A DNA stretch of 53,770 nucleotides from an uncultured Thermotogae bacterium (GTDB lineage: Bacteria > Bipolaricaulota > Bipolaricaulia > UBA7950 > UBA9294), in contig CAZMOL010000001.1 in NCBI GenBank assembly GCA_964568045.1, positions 2,044 to 55,813 of the forward strand. Direction: 5' to 3'. Positions within the stretch are counted from its first letter, which is position 1. Every line of letters begins with the position of its first letter. Made by a program: the position numbers and the translations under genes. Positions 1-9,078 of this stretch are shown here, in pieces. A model generated the notes under the pieces. It was not told the DNA's origin. It saw nothing but the letters and a program-made list of their open reading frames with translations, and did not search any database.

Positions 1-91
1 CGAGTGCGAGCAGGGTGCGGGAAATGACGTCCCCGATTGTCTGGACTCCTTCTCCAGCGGCTCCGGCAATAACGACGTTTAGATCAAGCAT
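1..91 (-). CDS. partial CDS (N-terminus only), 2-oxoacid:ferredoxin oxidoreductase subunit-like
   Basis: Minus-strand ATG at 89..91 opens MLDLNVVIAGAAGEGVQTIGDVISRTLLAL and runs off the left edge. The Gly-rich N-terminus resembles gamma-type subunits of 2-oxoacid:ferredoxin oxidoreductases. Only about 30 codons are visible. It starts 4 nt after the fprA stop. Confidence 0.4.
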   Translation of the reverse strand, partial: MLDLNVVIAGAAGEGVQTIGDVISRTLLAL

Positions 92-95
92 ATTA

Positions 96-1250
96 TTACA
101 GCTTTTCGTGTCGGCTGGCGATTGCATCTGCCAGCCGGTCGAGCGCCTCGAGATCTCCTTGGGTGGGTAGACCCCGGCACATCACCGGATCGAGCCATTC
201 CACCTTGAGCGAGCCCATCAGCCCTTTTAGCTGCTCGGGTGCCTTTCCGCCCCATCCGTAGGAGCCGATGATCCCTGCGGCCTTCAGCTTCGGCCGCAAA
301 GCGTTCGTCAGATAGGCCGCGGTGACCACATTGGGATGGGCGCCGGTGAGCACGGTCGGCGCGCCGAACACGATCGTCGCCGCGTCCACCAAGTTGATCG
401 CCAATCTTCCCAGATCGGTCACCGTCATGTTGAACGGCTCCACGTGCACACCCCGCTTAACCAGGGCGGCGATCAGGTGCTCTACCATCACGCGGGTGCT
501 TCCGTGCATCGATGTATAAGGCAGAACCACGAGGTTTTTGGGGGAATCGAGGACCCAGGTTCGATACGCATTGAGGATGAACGAAGGATCGTCGTACACC
601 GGGCCGTGGCTGGGCGCGATCGTCGCAATCTCGTAGCGTTGCAGCGCTTTAAGATGCTTCTCGATGATCGTCCGAAACGGCATCATGATCTCGGCGTAGT
701 AGCGTTTTGCCGCCTCGTGGACCCGCTCACGATCGTTGGCGTAAAGGTCGGTTGTGGCAAGATGTGAGCCAAATAGGTCGCACGTGAACAGCACCTTGTC
801 TTCGCGCAGATAGGTGAGCATCGTCTCCGGCCAGTGCACCCACGGCGCGTGGATAAACTCGAACGTGCGATCACCCAAAGAAAGGGTCTCCCCGTTCTCC
901 ACCACCGTGATGCGATCCTCGGCTACTCCGAGGTGATCGACGATCATTCCTTTTGCCTTGGTGGACGATAGAATGCGCGCTTGTGGATAGCGGTCGAGCA
1001 CTGCCGGCACCGATCCGGAATGATCCTGCTCTACGTGCTGGACGATGAGGTAGTCAAGCCGCGGAACCGCCTCAAGCGATTTCATCAGCACTTCGGATTT
1101 GACCGGATCGACGGTGTCGATCAGTGCGATCTTTTCGCTTCCCTTAACCAGGTAGGCGTTGTAGCTCGTCCCATCGGGCAAAGGGATCAACTCGTCGAAC
1201 AGCCGCCGGTCCCAGTCGATCGCTCCCACCCAATGAATGCCCGGACCCAT
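96..1250 (-). CDS. fprA: flavodiiron protein (rubredoxin:oxygen/NO oxidoreductase, FprA/ROO type)
   Basis: ORF 96..1355 has a metallo-beta-lactamase-like diiron motif HVEQDHSG plus a C-terminal flavodoxin-like domain. Start moved to ATG 1250 (MGPGIHWVG...), downstream of GGAGGAG; the longer N-terminal extension is Arg/Lys-rich and not protein-like. Confidence 0.9.
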   Translation of the reverse strand: MGPGIHWVGAIDWDRRLFDELIPLPDGTSYNAYLVKGSEKIALIDTVDPVKSEVLMKSLEAVPRLDYLIVQHVEQDHSGSVPAVLDRYPQARILSSTKAKGMIVDHLGVAEDRITVVENGETLSLGDRTFEFIHAPWVHWPETMLTYLREDKVLFTCDLFGSHLATTDLYANDRERVHEAAKRYYAEIMMPFRTIIEKHLKALQRYEIATIAPSHGPVYDDPSFILNAYRTWVLDSPKNLVVLPYTSMHGSTRVMVEHLIAALVKRGVHVEPFNMTVTDLGRLAINLVDAATIVFGAPTVLTGAHPNVVTAAYLTNALRPKLKAAGIIGSYGWGGKAPEQLKGLMGSLKVEWLDPVMCRGLPTQGDLEALDRLADAIASRHEKL

Positions 1251-1306
1251 TTCTCTTGCCTGCAATTCTCCTCCTTCTTGGTTTTCTCTTTTCCGCAGTT
1301 TCTGAT

Positions 1307-1468
1307 CTAGCTTTGCTGTTCGAACATGTCTTTGCCGACCCCGCACAGCGGGCACACCCAGCTGTCGGGAAGATCTTCGAACGCCGTGCCGGCCTCGATT
1401 CCGTTGTCGGGATCACCGATCGCTGGCTCGTAGACATACCCGCAAACAGTACACACCCATTTCTCCAT
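1307..1468 (-). CDS. rubredoxin (53 aa, below the ORF-track size cut-off)
   Basis: Hand translation of the minus strand gives [53 protein letters not shown]. It has the two CxxCG / CPxCG knuckles. ATG is at 1466..1468 and the TAG stop at 1307..1309. It starts 2 nt after the flavin reductase stop. Confidence 0.9.
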   Translation of the reverse strand: MEKWVCTVCGYVYEPAIGDPDNGIEAGTAFEDLPDSWVCPLCGVGKDMFEQQS

Positions 1469-1470
1469 GA

Positions 1471-1986
1471 TCAGCTCCTTTTTCTGATCGTCTCTCGGTA
1501 CTCGTTGTAGGTCAGTGGCTTCCCTTCCTCCCTCGTACCGGCACGCTCAACCTCGGCGACAAACAGCGAGTGCGTCTCAAGATCGAGCGTCATCTCCGAA
1601 AGGACGCGACACTCGTAAAACGCCACCGCGTTGGGAAGAATCGGGGCGCCGATTGGCCCCAGCTCATAGGCGATGTCCTCAAACTTGTCCACCGTGCGTC
1701 CCGATTGGAAACCGAAGTGTTTGATCACCTCCGGACATCGCTGATCCTCCCTGTCGAGGACGTTGACGACGAATTGGCCAGTCTCGGCGATCATCTCGTG
1801 GGTGAGCGATCCCTTGTTGACCCCGATCGCAATCCGCGGCGGTGCGTTTGTTACCTGCATCAGTGCGTCGAGACACTGACCGTTCAAGCGATCGCCGGAT
1901 GCGGCGGTGAGAATGTACAAGCCGTGTGTCACCTGAAACAGCGCCTGGTTCAACTTCCCGGAGTCGGTTGCGACGGTGAATGCCAT
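1471..1986 (-). CDS. flavin reductase-like FMN-binding protein (candidate NAD(P)H:rubredoxin reductase partner)
   Basis: ORF 1471..2022 has a flavin-reductase-domain-like sequence ([23 protein letters not shown]...[12 protein letters not shown]). Start set to ATG 1986 (MAFTVATD), preceded by GGAGGT. Confidence 0.8.
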   Translation of the reverse strand: MAFTVATDSGKLNQALFQVTHGLYILTAASGDRLNGQCLDALMQVTNAPPRIAIGVNKGSLTHEMIAETGQFVVNVLDREDQRCPEVIKHFGFQSGRTVDKFEDIAYELGPIGAPILPNAVAFYECRVLSEMTLDLETHSLFVAEVERAGTREEGKPLTYNEYRETIRKRS

Positions 1987-2011
1987 CCTACCTCCACTTT
2001 TTGTCAAAGCC

Positions 2012-2536
2012 CTACGCGGCACTTTCTTCTTCCGCAGCCGGTTCCACTGCCGTGCGGGTTCCCAGCTCGCGGTCGAGCATGAGCAGTCCGGTTCCCGAGT
2101 CGCCGACCTGCTCCAGCATCTGCACCACCCTCGACGTCGAGGCCTCTTCCTCCACCTGTTCGGTCACGAACCACTGCAGCATGATGCTTGCTGCGTGATC
2201 CCCTTCCTCGGCCGCTGTGTTCACGAGATCGTTGATCTTTCCGGTGATGAACTGCTCGTGTTCGTAGGCCGCTTGGAACGCCTCGAGCGGTGAGGACCAT
2301 TCTTTCTTCGGTTGAGCCAACGCGTGCAGCTCGACCCGTCCGTCACGCTCGGTGATGTGACTGAAGAATCGCATTGCGTGTCCAACCTCTTCCTGCGTCT
2401 GCACCCGCATCCACTGTGCCATCCCTTCCGCGCCGGTCGACTCGAAATACGCGACCGTGGAAAGATAGAGATACGCCGATTCAAGCTCGTGCTTGATCTG
2501 CTCGTTCATCGCATCCTGCATGCGTTTACCGATCAT
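2012..2536 (-). CDS. ferritin (non-haem, bacterial Ftn type)
   Basis: N-terminus MNEQIKHELESAYLYLSTVAYF... and EEVGHAMRF match ferritin-like diiron ligand patterns; 174 aa. Confidence 0.85.
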   Translation of the reverse strand: MIGKRMQDAMNEQIKHELESAYLYLSTVAYFESTGAEGMAQWMRVQTQEEVGHAMRFFSHITERDGRVELHALAQPKKEWSSPLEAFQAAYEHEQFITGKINDLVNTAAEEGDHAASIMLQWFVTEQVEEEASTSRVVQMLEQVGDSGTGLLMLDRELGTRTAVEPAAEEESAA

Positions 2537-2602
2537 CGGGTCCTCCTTCTCGCGACAGTGTTCGCCGCGCTCTTTCTCCGTTGAGCACTATACCGCAGGT
2601 TC

Positions 2603-3175
2603 TCACCAATTCTCGGCAAGCAATTCGAAGTGCGCCTGCTCGTGAGCGCAGGCCGGGCACTCCTGCGGTGCCTCGGTCCCCTCATGAAGGTACCCACAGT
2701 TGCGACACCGCCACACGACCGGCTGGTCCTTCTTGAACACCGTTTTCTTCTCGACGTTCGCAAGCAGGCCCAGATAACGTCGTTCGTGCTGCTTCTCAGC
2801 CACCGCAATCGCTTCGAATACGTCTGCGATCTCGCCCAATCCTTCTTCACGCGCTACTTTGGCAAAGTCCGGATACATGCTTTCCCACTCGTGGTGCTCG
2901 CCACCGGCGGCGGCCTTCAGGTTCTGCGCTGTCGTCCCGATCACGCCGGCAGGAAACACCGCTTGAACTTCGACCTCTCCCCCTTGCAGAAACTTGAACA
3001 ATCGCTGGGCGTGTTCCTTCTCCTGATTGGCCGTCTCCTCAAAGATCGCTTGAATCTGCACAAAACCGTCCTTCTTTGCCTGACTGGAGAAGTATGTGTA
3101 CCGATTGCGTGCCTGCGATTCACCGGCAAACGCGGTCAGCAGATTCTTCTCGGTCCGAGTTCCCTTCAACTCCAT
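2603..3175 (-). CDS. rbr: rubrerythrin
   Basis: 190 aa. N-terminal ferritin-like diiron domain (TEKNLLTAFAGESQARNRY...EKEHA) plus a C-terminal rubredoxin-like CRNCG...CPAC domain. Confidence 0.95.
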   Translation of the reverse strand: MELKGTRTEKNLLTAFAGESQARNRYTYFSSQAKKDGFVQIQAIFEETANQEKEHAQRLFKFLQGGEVEVQAVFPAGVIGTTAQNLKAAAGGEHHEWESMYPDFAKVAREEGLGEIADVFEAIAVAEKQHERRYLGLLANVEKKTVFKKDQPVVWRCRNCGYLHEGTEAPQECPACAHEQAHFELLAENW

Positions 3176-3260
3176 AGCATCCTCCTTTTTGCTCGCTTGG
3201 AGAGCATTTGTTTTTCCTAAATTTCCAACTCATTTCGGTTCCTACAACGTTGGGTCTTGT

Positions 3261-4055
3261 TCACCGTTGACATTGCGGACAGAGGCACGTCGACCGCCCC
3301 CCTTGCACGATCCGCTCGATCGTTTTCCCGCAGCGTTCACACGGTTCACCATGCCGTCCGTAGATCGAGAGGTGATTCTGGAACCTTCCTTTGTCACCCT
3401 CCGAATTTCGATAATCGGAGACGCTTGTACCGAAAGTCGTCCCCATTTGTTCGATGGCTTCACTCAGGACGTCAATGACGCTGCGGTGAAGTGCGGCCAC
3501 TTGCGCGGGACTGAGGGTGTTCGCGGCTCGGCGCGGATCGATTCCGGCTCGCCACAACGCCTCTGCAGCGTAGATGTTGCCGATGCCGGCAATCTTTTTC
3601 TGATCCATCATCACGAGCTTGATCGGTGTGCGCGAGGAAGCGGTAAGCTCGGCCAGTGTTTCCACCGAAAACTGCGCACTCAGTGGCTCAACGCCGAGTA
3701 AGTGGTTGAAGCCCTGCGGAGAGTACGTCACCGTCCCCAACCGGCGCGGGTTGACGAAATAGATGGCCTCACCACTGGTCAGGTGCAGGACCAATCGAGT
3801 GTACTTCGCTTCGTCTGGGTCTTGCACGCGTACTAGCCGTCCCGACATCCGCAAATGGACGATCAACGATCCCCGATTCGCCAGATTCAGTACGATGTAC
3901 TTTCCACGGCGTTTGATTGACTCGATTCGTGCCCCAACGATCGCATCAGCAGGGACGTCGAGGCGTGGGTCGTGCACGTCCACCGCCGAGATGTGCGAAC
4001 CACTGAGACTACCTAAGCCACGTACGAGGGTTTCGACTTCAGGCAGTTCTGGCAT
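3261..4055 (-). CDS. mutM: formamidopyrimidine-DNA glycosylase
   Basis: Starts MPELPEVE (catalytic N-terminal Pro after Met removal) and ends with a C-terminal zinc finger CxxC...CPQC. Start set to ATG 4055, not the upstream 4070. Confidence 0.9.
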   Translation of the reverse strand: MPELPEVETLVRGLGSLSGSHISAVDVHDPRLDVPADAIVGARIESIKRRGKYIVLNLANRGSLIVHLRMSGRLVRVQDPDEAKYTRLVLHLTSGEAIYFVNPRRLGTVTYSPQGFNHLLGVEPLSAQFSVETLAELTASSRTPIKLVMMDQKKIAGIGNIYAAEALWRAGIDPRRAANTLSPAQVAALHRSVIDVLSEAIEQMGTTFGTSVSDYRNSEGDKGRFQNHLSIYGRHGEPCERCGKTIERIVQGGRSTCLCPQCQR

Positions 4056-4096
4056 GTCCGCTCCGATCATCGAACACGAAAAGGATCACATATTGT

Positions 4097-4531
4097 TTAA
4101 GAATCATTCTCATCTCCAGCTTGATCCGTACGACACTCTGCACAGATTCCGTACAGGTACGTATTCACGGATTCGACGAGGTTACCGAGAATCTCATCCC
4201 CGGGCCGGATTGGGCAAGGCAGGTCCACGTCAATCAAATCGCCACACGTCCGGCAGAGGAAGTGTGGATGCGGATTTGGGTTGTAGTCATAGTGTGCGGC
4301 TTCACGAGCGATGGTCAGTTCCCGAATTGCCCCCGCCTTCTTCAACGCATCGAGCACGTTGTACACGGTGGCCTTGGCGATCGATGGAAAACGTCTCCTC
4401 ACCTCTTGATAGGCCTGCTCGGCGGTGGGATGGGTGTCGGTCTCCTCCAGGAATTCCAGCACGGCCAGCCGCTGGATCGTGGGGACGAGCTCCAGTTGCC
4501 GTAATCTCTCCAAACGCCCCTCGTTGTCCAT
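4097..4531 (-). CDS. Fur-family metalloregulator, PerR-like by context
   Basis: 144 aa. Winged-helix N-terminus (RLAVLEFL...HPTAEQAYQ), HxH region and two CxxC pairs (CRTCG, CAEC). First gene of the oxidative-stress string. Confidence 0.85.
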   Translation of the reverse strand: MDNEGRLERLRQLELVPTIQRLAVLEFLEETDTHPTAEQAYQEVRRRFPSIAKATVYNVLDALKKAGAIRELTIAREAAHYDYNPNPHPHFLCRTCGDLIDVDLPCPIRPGDEILGNLVESVNTYLYGICAECRTDQAGDENDS

Positions 4532-4540
4532 ATTAGAACG

Positions 4541-4569
4541 ATTATAAAGTAATACGGACTTTAAAGCAA
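4541..4569 (-). promoter_or_regulatory. sigma70-like promoter giving a leaderless or near-leaderless transcript of the Fur/PerR-like gene
   Basis: Minus strand reads TTGCTT (4569..4564), a 17-nt spacer, then TATAAT (4546..4541). The ATG at 4531 lies only 9 nt downstream of the -10. No Shine-Dalgarno is present. Confidence 0.45.
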
Positions 4570-4779
4570 GGTCGGGAGGATGTAAATCCGTAGCGGTGAA
4601 CCAGATACCTCCTCGGTCTTTCTTGGTTCAAAGCGATTTGCTTGTGGCGAACAAAATGTACGGTCCCGTTGCCATCCAGATTCATGCCGGCGAGAGGGGG
4701 GACTCGGCAACTTGATTCCGTCCTGGACATTCGTTAAGATTCTTCGGTACTCAACGGCAATATTCATGATCGATACGAT

Positions 4780-5058
4780 TTGGAAGAGGTGGTAGCGATT
4801 CCTAATATTCGCTCGGCTAAGAAGCGCCTGCGGCAAAGCGAGAAACGGCGGGGGCTCAATCGCGCAAGAAAAGCAGCGTTGAAACGGGTCATCAAGCAGA
4901 TCAGAGTGCACATTGCTTCTGGTGACAGGGAAGCGGCAGTCGCTTTGCTTCCGCAGTTTGCCAAAGCGGCCGATAAGGCGGCCCAGCACCACGCAATTCA
5001 CAAAAACAAGGCAAGCCGCATCAAATCGCGGTGGATGAAGAAAGTTCACTCGCTTTAG
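4780..5058 (+). CDS. rpsT: 30S ribosomal protein S20
   Basis: Contains PNIRSAKKRLRQSEKRRGLNRARKAALKRVIK, typical of S20. The exact start is uncertain: TTG 4780 or in-frame GTG 4789. GGAAGAGG overlaps this region. Confidence 0.85.
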   Translation: MEEVVAIPNIRSAKKRLRQSEKRRGLNRARKAALKRVIKQIRVHIASGDREAAVALLPQFAKAADKAAQHHAIHKNKASRIKSRWMKKVHSL

Positions 5059-5071
5059 GGGAGGCGCTGAA

Positions 5072-5974
5072 ATGCGGCACTACGATTTCCTCGGCAAGAC
5101 GAAGTACTTCGTTCCGATCTCCATCTTTCTAGTTGCAGTATCCATTGTCATCTTGATTCCGCAGCTGAGAGGTCTGAGACCGGGAATCGATTTCACCGGT
5201 GGAACCGAATTTACAGTCAAGTTTGAAACAGCGGTGGAAACGGCCGAGTTGCGTGGCTTGCTGGCTGAGATTCCGGCAGAGGGAACCGATCTGTCGACAA
5301 GTGTGATCCAGGATGTTGCCGGGAAGAACACCAAGGTGGTGACCACTCAGCTCGACGTGGAGACCCATCAGAGAGTGATCGACCAAATCGAGGAGGCCCT
5401 GCGAGAACGATTTCCCGTTGAGGACGTCAGCCGCCGCTCGATCGGCCAACAGGTGAGCCGCGAGCTTGCCGCAAAAGGATGGCAGGCAGTACTGCTGGCG
5501 ATTGTGGTCGTCCTGGTCTATATCTCTTGGCGATTCCGTCTTCGCTTCGCAATAGGCGCGGTTGCCGCGATTCTTCACGATGTGATCATTGCGTTGGGGC
5601 TATTCGCCATCTTCCGGATCGAAGTGAACCTGCCGACGATCGCTGCCTTCCTCACAATCGTTGGTTACTCCCTCAATGATACAATCGTAATCTATGACCG
5701 CATCCGCGAGAACCTCAAGATTGACAAAAAAGGCAAGATCTTCGATATCATAAACAGAAGCGTTAATCAGTCACTAAGTCGCACGCTCAACACGTCGTTT
5801 ACCACCTTCGTTCCGGTGATTATCCTGTTCGTGTTCGGTGGATCGGTGCTCCGCGGTTTCTCGCTGGCACTGCTGATCGGCGTAATCGTGGGGACCTATT
5901 CCTCGATGTACATTGCCAATCCGATCCTGTACGCCTGGACCCTCAAGGCCGGGGGCGCAAAGAAGAGTAAATGA
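5072..5974 (+). CDS. secF: protein translocase subunit SecF
   Basis: 300 aa with 6 TM segments and SecF-type motifs (GIDFTGGT, LHDVIIALG, GYSLNDTIVIYDRIREN). RBS GGGGAGG. Confidence 0.9.
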   Translation: MRHYDFLGKTKYFVPISIFLVAVSIVILIPQLRGLRPGIDFTGGTEFTVKFETAVETAELRGLLAEIPAEGTDLSTSVIQDVAGKNTKVVTTQLDVETHQRVIDQIEEALRERFPVEDVSRRSIGQQVSRELAAKGWQAVLLAIVVVLVYISWRFRLRFAIGAVAAILHDVIIALGLFAIFRIEVNLPTIAAFLTIVGYSLNDTIVIYDRIRENLKIDKKGKIFDIINRSVNQSLSRTLNTSFTTFVPVIILFVFGGSVLRGFSLALLIGVIVGTYSSMYIANPILYAWTLKAGGAKKSK

Positions 5975-7695
5975 GATCGCTTATCCGCAAGGGAAGGGAT
6001 TGGAAAATCGCTCCCCTGCCGGATAACTCTCTAATTCAAGAGATCCAAGCCACGCTTCACTGTGCCCGTCCTTTTGCCATTCTTCTTGCTCGACGGGGTG
6101 GCCAGAATTGGGAGCGGCTGATCGATCCTGGCTTGCACAACCTGCACTCTCCATTTGGGCTTCTAGGCGTGGAGGAGGGCGTTTCCCGGCTGGTCGAGGC
6201 GATCAACAATGAGGAACGACTCTTCATCCACGGAGACTTCGACGTCGACGGGTTAACCGGTGCTACGTTGCTCTACCAGAGCCTTTTCCCACTGTTTCCC
6301 AAGGGAAGGATCAAGGTGGACGTGGGGGATCGGGGCCGTGGGCACGGGCTGTCGCCCGAATTCGTATCTCGCGTGATAACCGAAGGATTCACCGTGGTCC
6401 TCACAGTTGATTGCGGCGTCTCCAACGGTGAGGAAATCGATCAGTTGAGGCAGGCAGGGATTGACACGATCGTCACCGACCATCACATTCCCCCGCCTCA
6501 GCTTCCCCCCGCCGTTGCGGTCATCGATCCTCAAAGGCCGGGTGAGACCTATCCCAACCGGTATCTTGCCGGAGTGGGGGTAGCGTACAAGCTGATCTGC
6601 GCGCTGTACGAACGCGTGGGACGTCCGATCCCTCGTCAGTTTCTCGATCTGGTTGCCTTGGGAACACTCGCTGACCTGGTGCCGCTTAGCGAGGAGGGGG
6701 AGGTGGAGAATCGGGCCATGGTGCGAGAGGGGTTCTGTCTCCTCTCACGGGGAGAGGGATCGTCGTTGGGCCTGAGAGTGCTGATGGAGAGGCTCTCCAT
6801 CAATCCGAAGAAGCTCACCGCCACCGATGTCAGCTACGTCATCGCCCCCAAGCTGAATGCAGCGAACCGGACCGGAGATCCCAAAGTGGCCTTCCTCCTC
6901 CTTACCACAGGTGTATCCAAGCGGGCCGAGTACCTCACGGAGGTTCTCCTGGACTACAATCGTGATCGGGAGATCGCTCAAGATGACCTCATCTCCCAGG
7001 CAGAGGAGCGAATGGCCGAGGAAGGGACTGATCCAACGGGCGATGGGATGATCATCCTACATGGGAAGTACTGGAATGAAGGAATTCTTGGGCTCGTCGC
7101 CTCCAATCTGGCTGATCGCTATCGTGTTCCCACGATCGTTATCTCACAGGGGGATCGGGTGAGCCGTGCTTCGTGCCGTAGCGTGGATGGTTTCGATATG
7201 GCGGCTTGCCTTGAACAACACGCGGAGCTTCTGCTTCATTACGGCGGACACGAGATGGCTGCCGGCTTTTCTGCGTCCAACGACGTCTTACCTGAGCTGC
7301 GCAAACGGCTGCTGATCTACATCGCCGAGCGGCGACCGGCTCAGCAGTCCGATGCGAGCAAGTGGATCGATGCACAGACTGCAATCGATCAGATCGACAT
7401 GCGGCTCTACACCAACATCCGCTCGCTTTCTCCATACGGCCCAGGCAACCCTGCCCCGCTTCTCCTCCTTGCCGACTGCGCGTTTGAGGGACTCTCCGTG
7501 GTCGGCGCACGACGGCAGCACCTCAAGGGCAAGGTGGTACAGGACGGCTCGCTTCTACCGTTCATCGCCTTTCGGATGGGGCGGTACCTCAACACCTTTG
7601 AGGAAGCCCGTGGGGCCTCCCTCGTGTTCCGTGCTGGCTTTGACAACTGGCAGGGGTCGGTCCAGCTGGAAGTGGTGGACCTGGTGGGCGACTGA
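5971..7695 (+). CDS. recJ: single-stranded-DNA-specific exonuclease RecJ
   Basis: DHH-family motifs HGDFDVDGLTGA, DCGV, TDHH and GGHEMAAG. ATGA overlap with the secF stop. Confidence 0.9.
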   Translation: MRSLIRKGRDWKIAPLPDNSLIQEIQATLHCARPFAILLARRGGQNWERLIDPGLHNLHSPFGLLGVEEGVSRLVEAINNEERLFIHGDFDVDGLTGATLLYQSLFPLFPKGRIKVDVGDRGRGHGLSPEFVSRVITEGFTVVLTVDCGVSNGEEIDQLRQAGIDTIVTDHHIPPPQLPPAVAVIDPQRPGETYPNRYLAGVGVAYKLICALYERVGRPIPRQFLDLVALGTLADLVPLSEEGEVENRAMVREGFCLLSRGEGSSLGLRVLMERLSINPKKLTATDVSYVIAPKLNAANRTGDPKVAFLLLTTGVSKRAEYLTEVLLDYNRDREIAQDDLISQAEERMAEEGTDPTGDGMIILHGKYWNEGILGLVASNLADRYRVPTIVISQGDRVSRASCRSVDGFDMAACLEQHAELLLHYGGHEMAAGFSASNDVLPELRKRLLIYIAERRPAQQSDASKWIDAQTAIDQIDMRLYTNIRSLSPYGPGNPAPLLLLADCAFEGLSVVGARRQHLKGKVVQDGSLLPFIAFRMGRYLNTFEEARGASLVFRAGFDNWQGSVQLEVVDLVGD

Positions 7696-7716
7696 GTCTT
7701 GCCTATGCTGTTATTG

Positions 7717-9078
7717 TCACTTCCCCACGCAGAAGCGAGCGAAGATCTGGTCGAGCACGTCCTCCGAGACGTCGATGCCCTGTAGCTCCCCGGTCACGAT
7801 GTAGGCACTGCGCAGCTCTTCTGCAATGATGTCGGGGGGGGATCCGGACCGTGCCGTCGCGATTGCCCGGTCAAGATGGCCACCCGCCCGCCCCAACAGA
7901 TCTTGCTCCCAAGTATTGAGGAGGAAGATCGCTCCCCAGCTCTGTACTTTCCCTCCTAGGAGGAGTTCCAGGAGCGCTTGTGACAACCGGTCGACCCCGC
8001 TGCCGAGCTTGGCTGAGATCTCGTGGACGGACTTCCACGGGCCCGATGAGGTTGGCTCAATCGCCGCTGGCAGATCGGATTTGTTGAGGACAAGCAGGGT
8101 CGGCTTCTCCCAGGTGCGCCCAAGAAGCCGGTGGTCTTGTTCATCGAGTGGGGCGCTGCGGTCGAGAATAAGAAGGAGCAGATCAGCGCGCGTGATCGCC
8201 GCATTTGTCCGCTCGATCCCTGCCTCCTCCAGAGTGTCGGTTGGCGTGCGTAGTCCAGCAGTATCGATGAGCCGCACCGGAATCCCGCCAATCGCTGCCT
8301 CCTCCTCGACTGTGTCGCGAGTCGTCCCAGGAATCGGGGTAACGATCGCCCGCTCCTCTGCCAGGAGGGCGTTTAGCAGGGTCGACTTGCCGACGTTCGG
8401 TCGGCCGATGATGGCGATGGTGAACCCTTCACGGACGATTCGCCCCTGCTCCGCCTGGGTGAGGAGAAGCTCGACGCGGTTGACCAGTTCGGTCAGCGGC
8501 GGAACGATTGCTCCTGTTTCGGCCTCCACATCGGGGAAATCGATCTCTACCTCGATCTGCGCAAGAAGCCCCCCGATCTGTTCTCGAATCCGACTGATCG
8601 CGTTCGAGAAGCGCCCGCCCAGTTGCTCCACTGCGGCCTCCAGGCCGAGCCTTGTCTTGGCCTTCACGATATCGACAACGGCTTGGGCCTGATCGAGAGA
8701 GATGCGGCCGTTCAGAAAGGCTCGCTTGGTGAACTCTCCTCTTTCCGCAAGTCGCGCACCCTGCTTTAGCATGACGCTTAGAACCGCCTGGGTGGCAAGG
8801 AATCCTCCGTGACAGTTGATCTCGACTACATCCTCGCGGGTGTACGTACGGGGCGCGCGCATCACCGATACCAGTACCTCGTCGATGCGTCTCCCTTTCG
8901 AGACGACAAATCCGTGGTGTAGGGTATGGGTGGGCACCTGTGACAGAGGGATCCTATCGGTGGGGTGAAAGATTGCCTCGGCAAGGGGGATTGCTTGTGG
9001 ACCGCTGATGCGCACAATCCCTATTCCCCCCTCGCCCAAGGGGGTTGAGAGTGCTGCGATCGTGTCCCCCTCCATCAT
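7717..9078 (-). CDS. mnmE: tRNA modification GTPase MnmE
   Basis: N-terminus DTIAALSTP, G-domain GRPNVGKSTLLN...DTAG...NKSD, and the C-terminal FCVGK tetrapeptide. Confidence 0.95.
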   Translation of the reverse strand: MMEGDTIAALSTPLGEGGIGIVRISGPQAIPLAEAIFHPTDRIPLSQVPTHTLHHGFVVSKGRRIDEVLVSVMRAPRTYTREDVVEINCHGGFLATQAVLSVMLKQGARLAERGEFTKRAFLNGRISLDQAQAVVDIVKAKTRLGLEAAVEQLGGRFSNAISRIREQIGGLLAQIEVEIDFPDVEAETGAIVPPLTELVNRVELLLTQAEQGRIVREGFTIAIIGRPNVGKSTLLNALLAEERAIVTPIPGTTRDTVEEEAAIGGIPVRLIDTAGLRTPTDTLEEAGIERTNAAITRADLLLLILDRSAPLDEQDHRLLGRTWEKPTLLVLNKSDLPAAIEPTSSGPWKSVHEISAKLGSGVDRLSQALLELLLGGKVQSWGAIFLLNTWEQDLLGRAGGHLDRAIATARSGSPPDIIAEELRSAYIVTGELQGIDVSEDVLDQIFARFCVGK

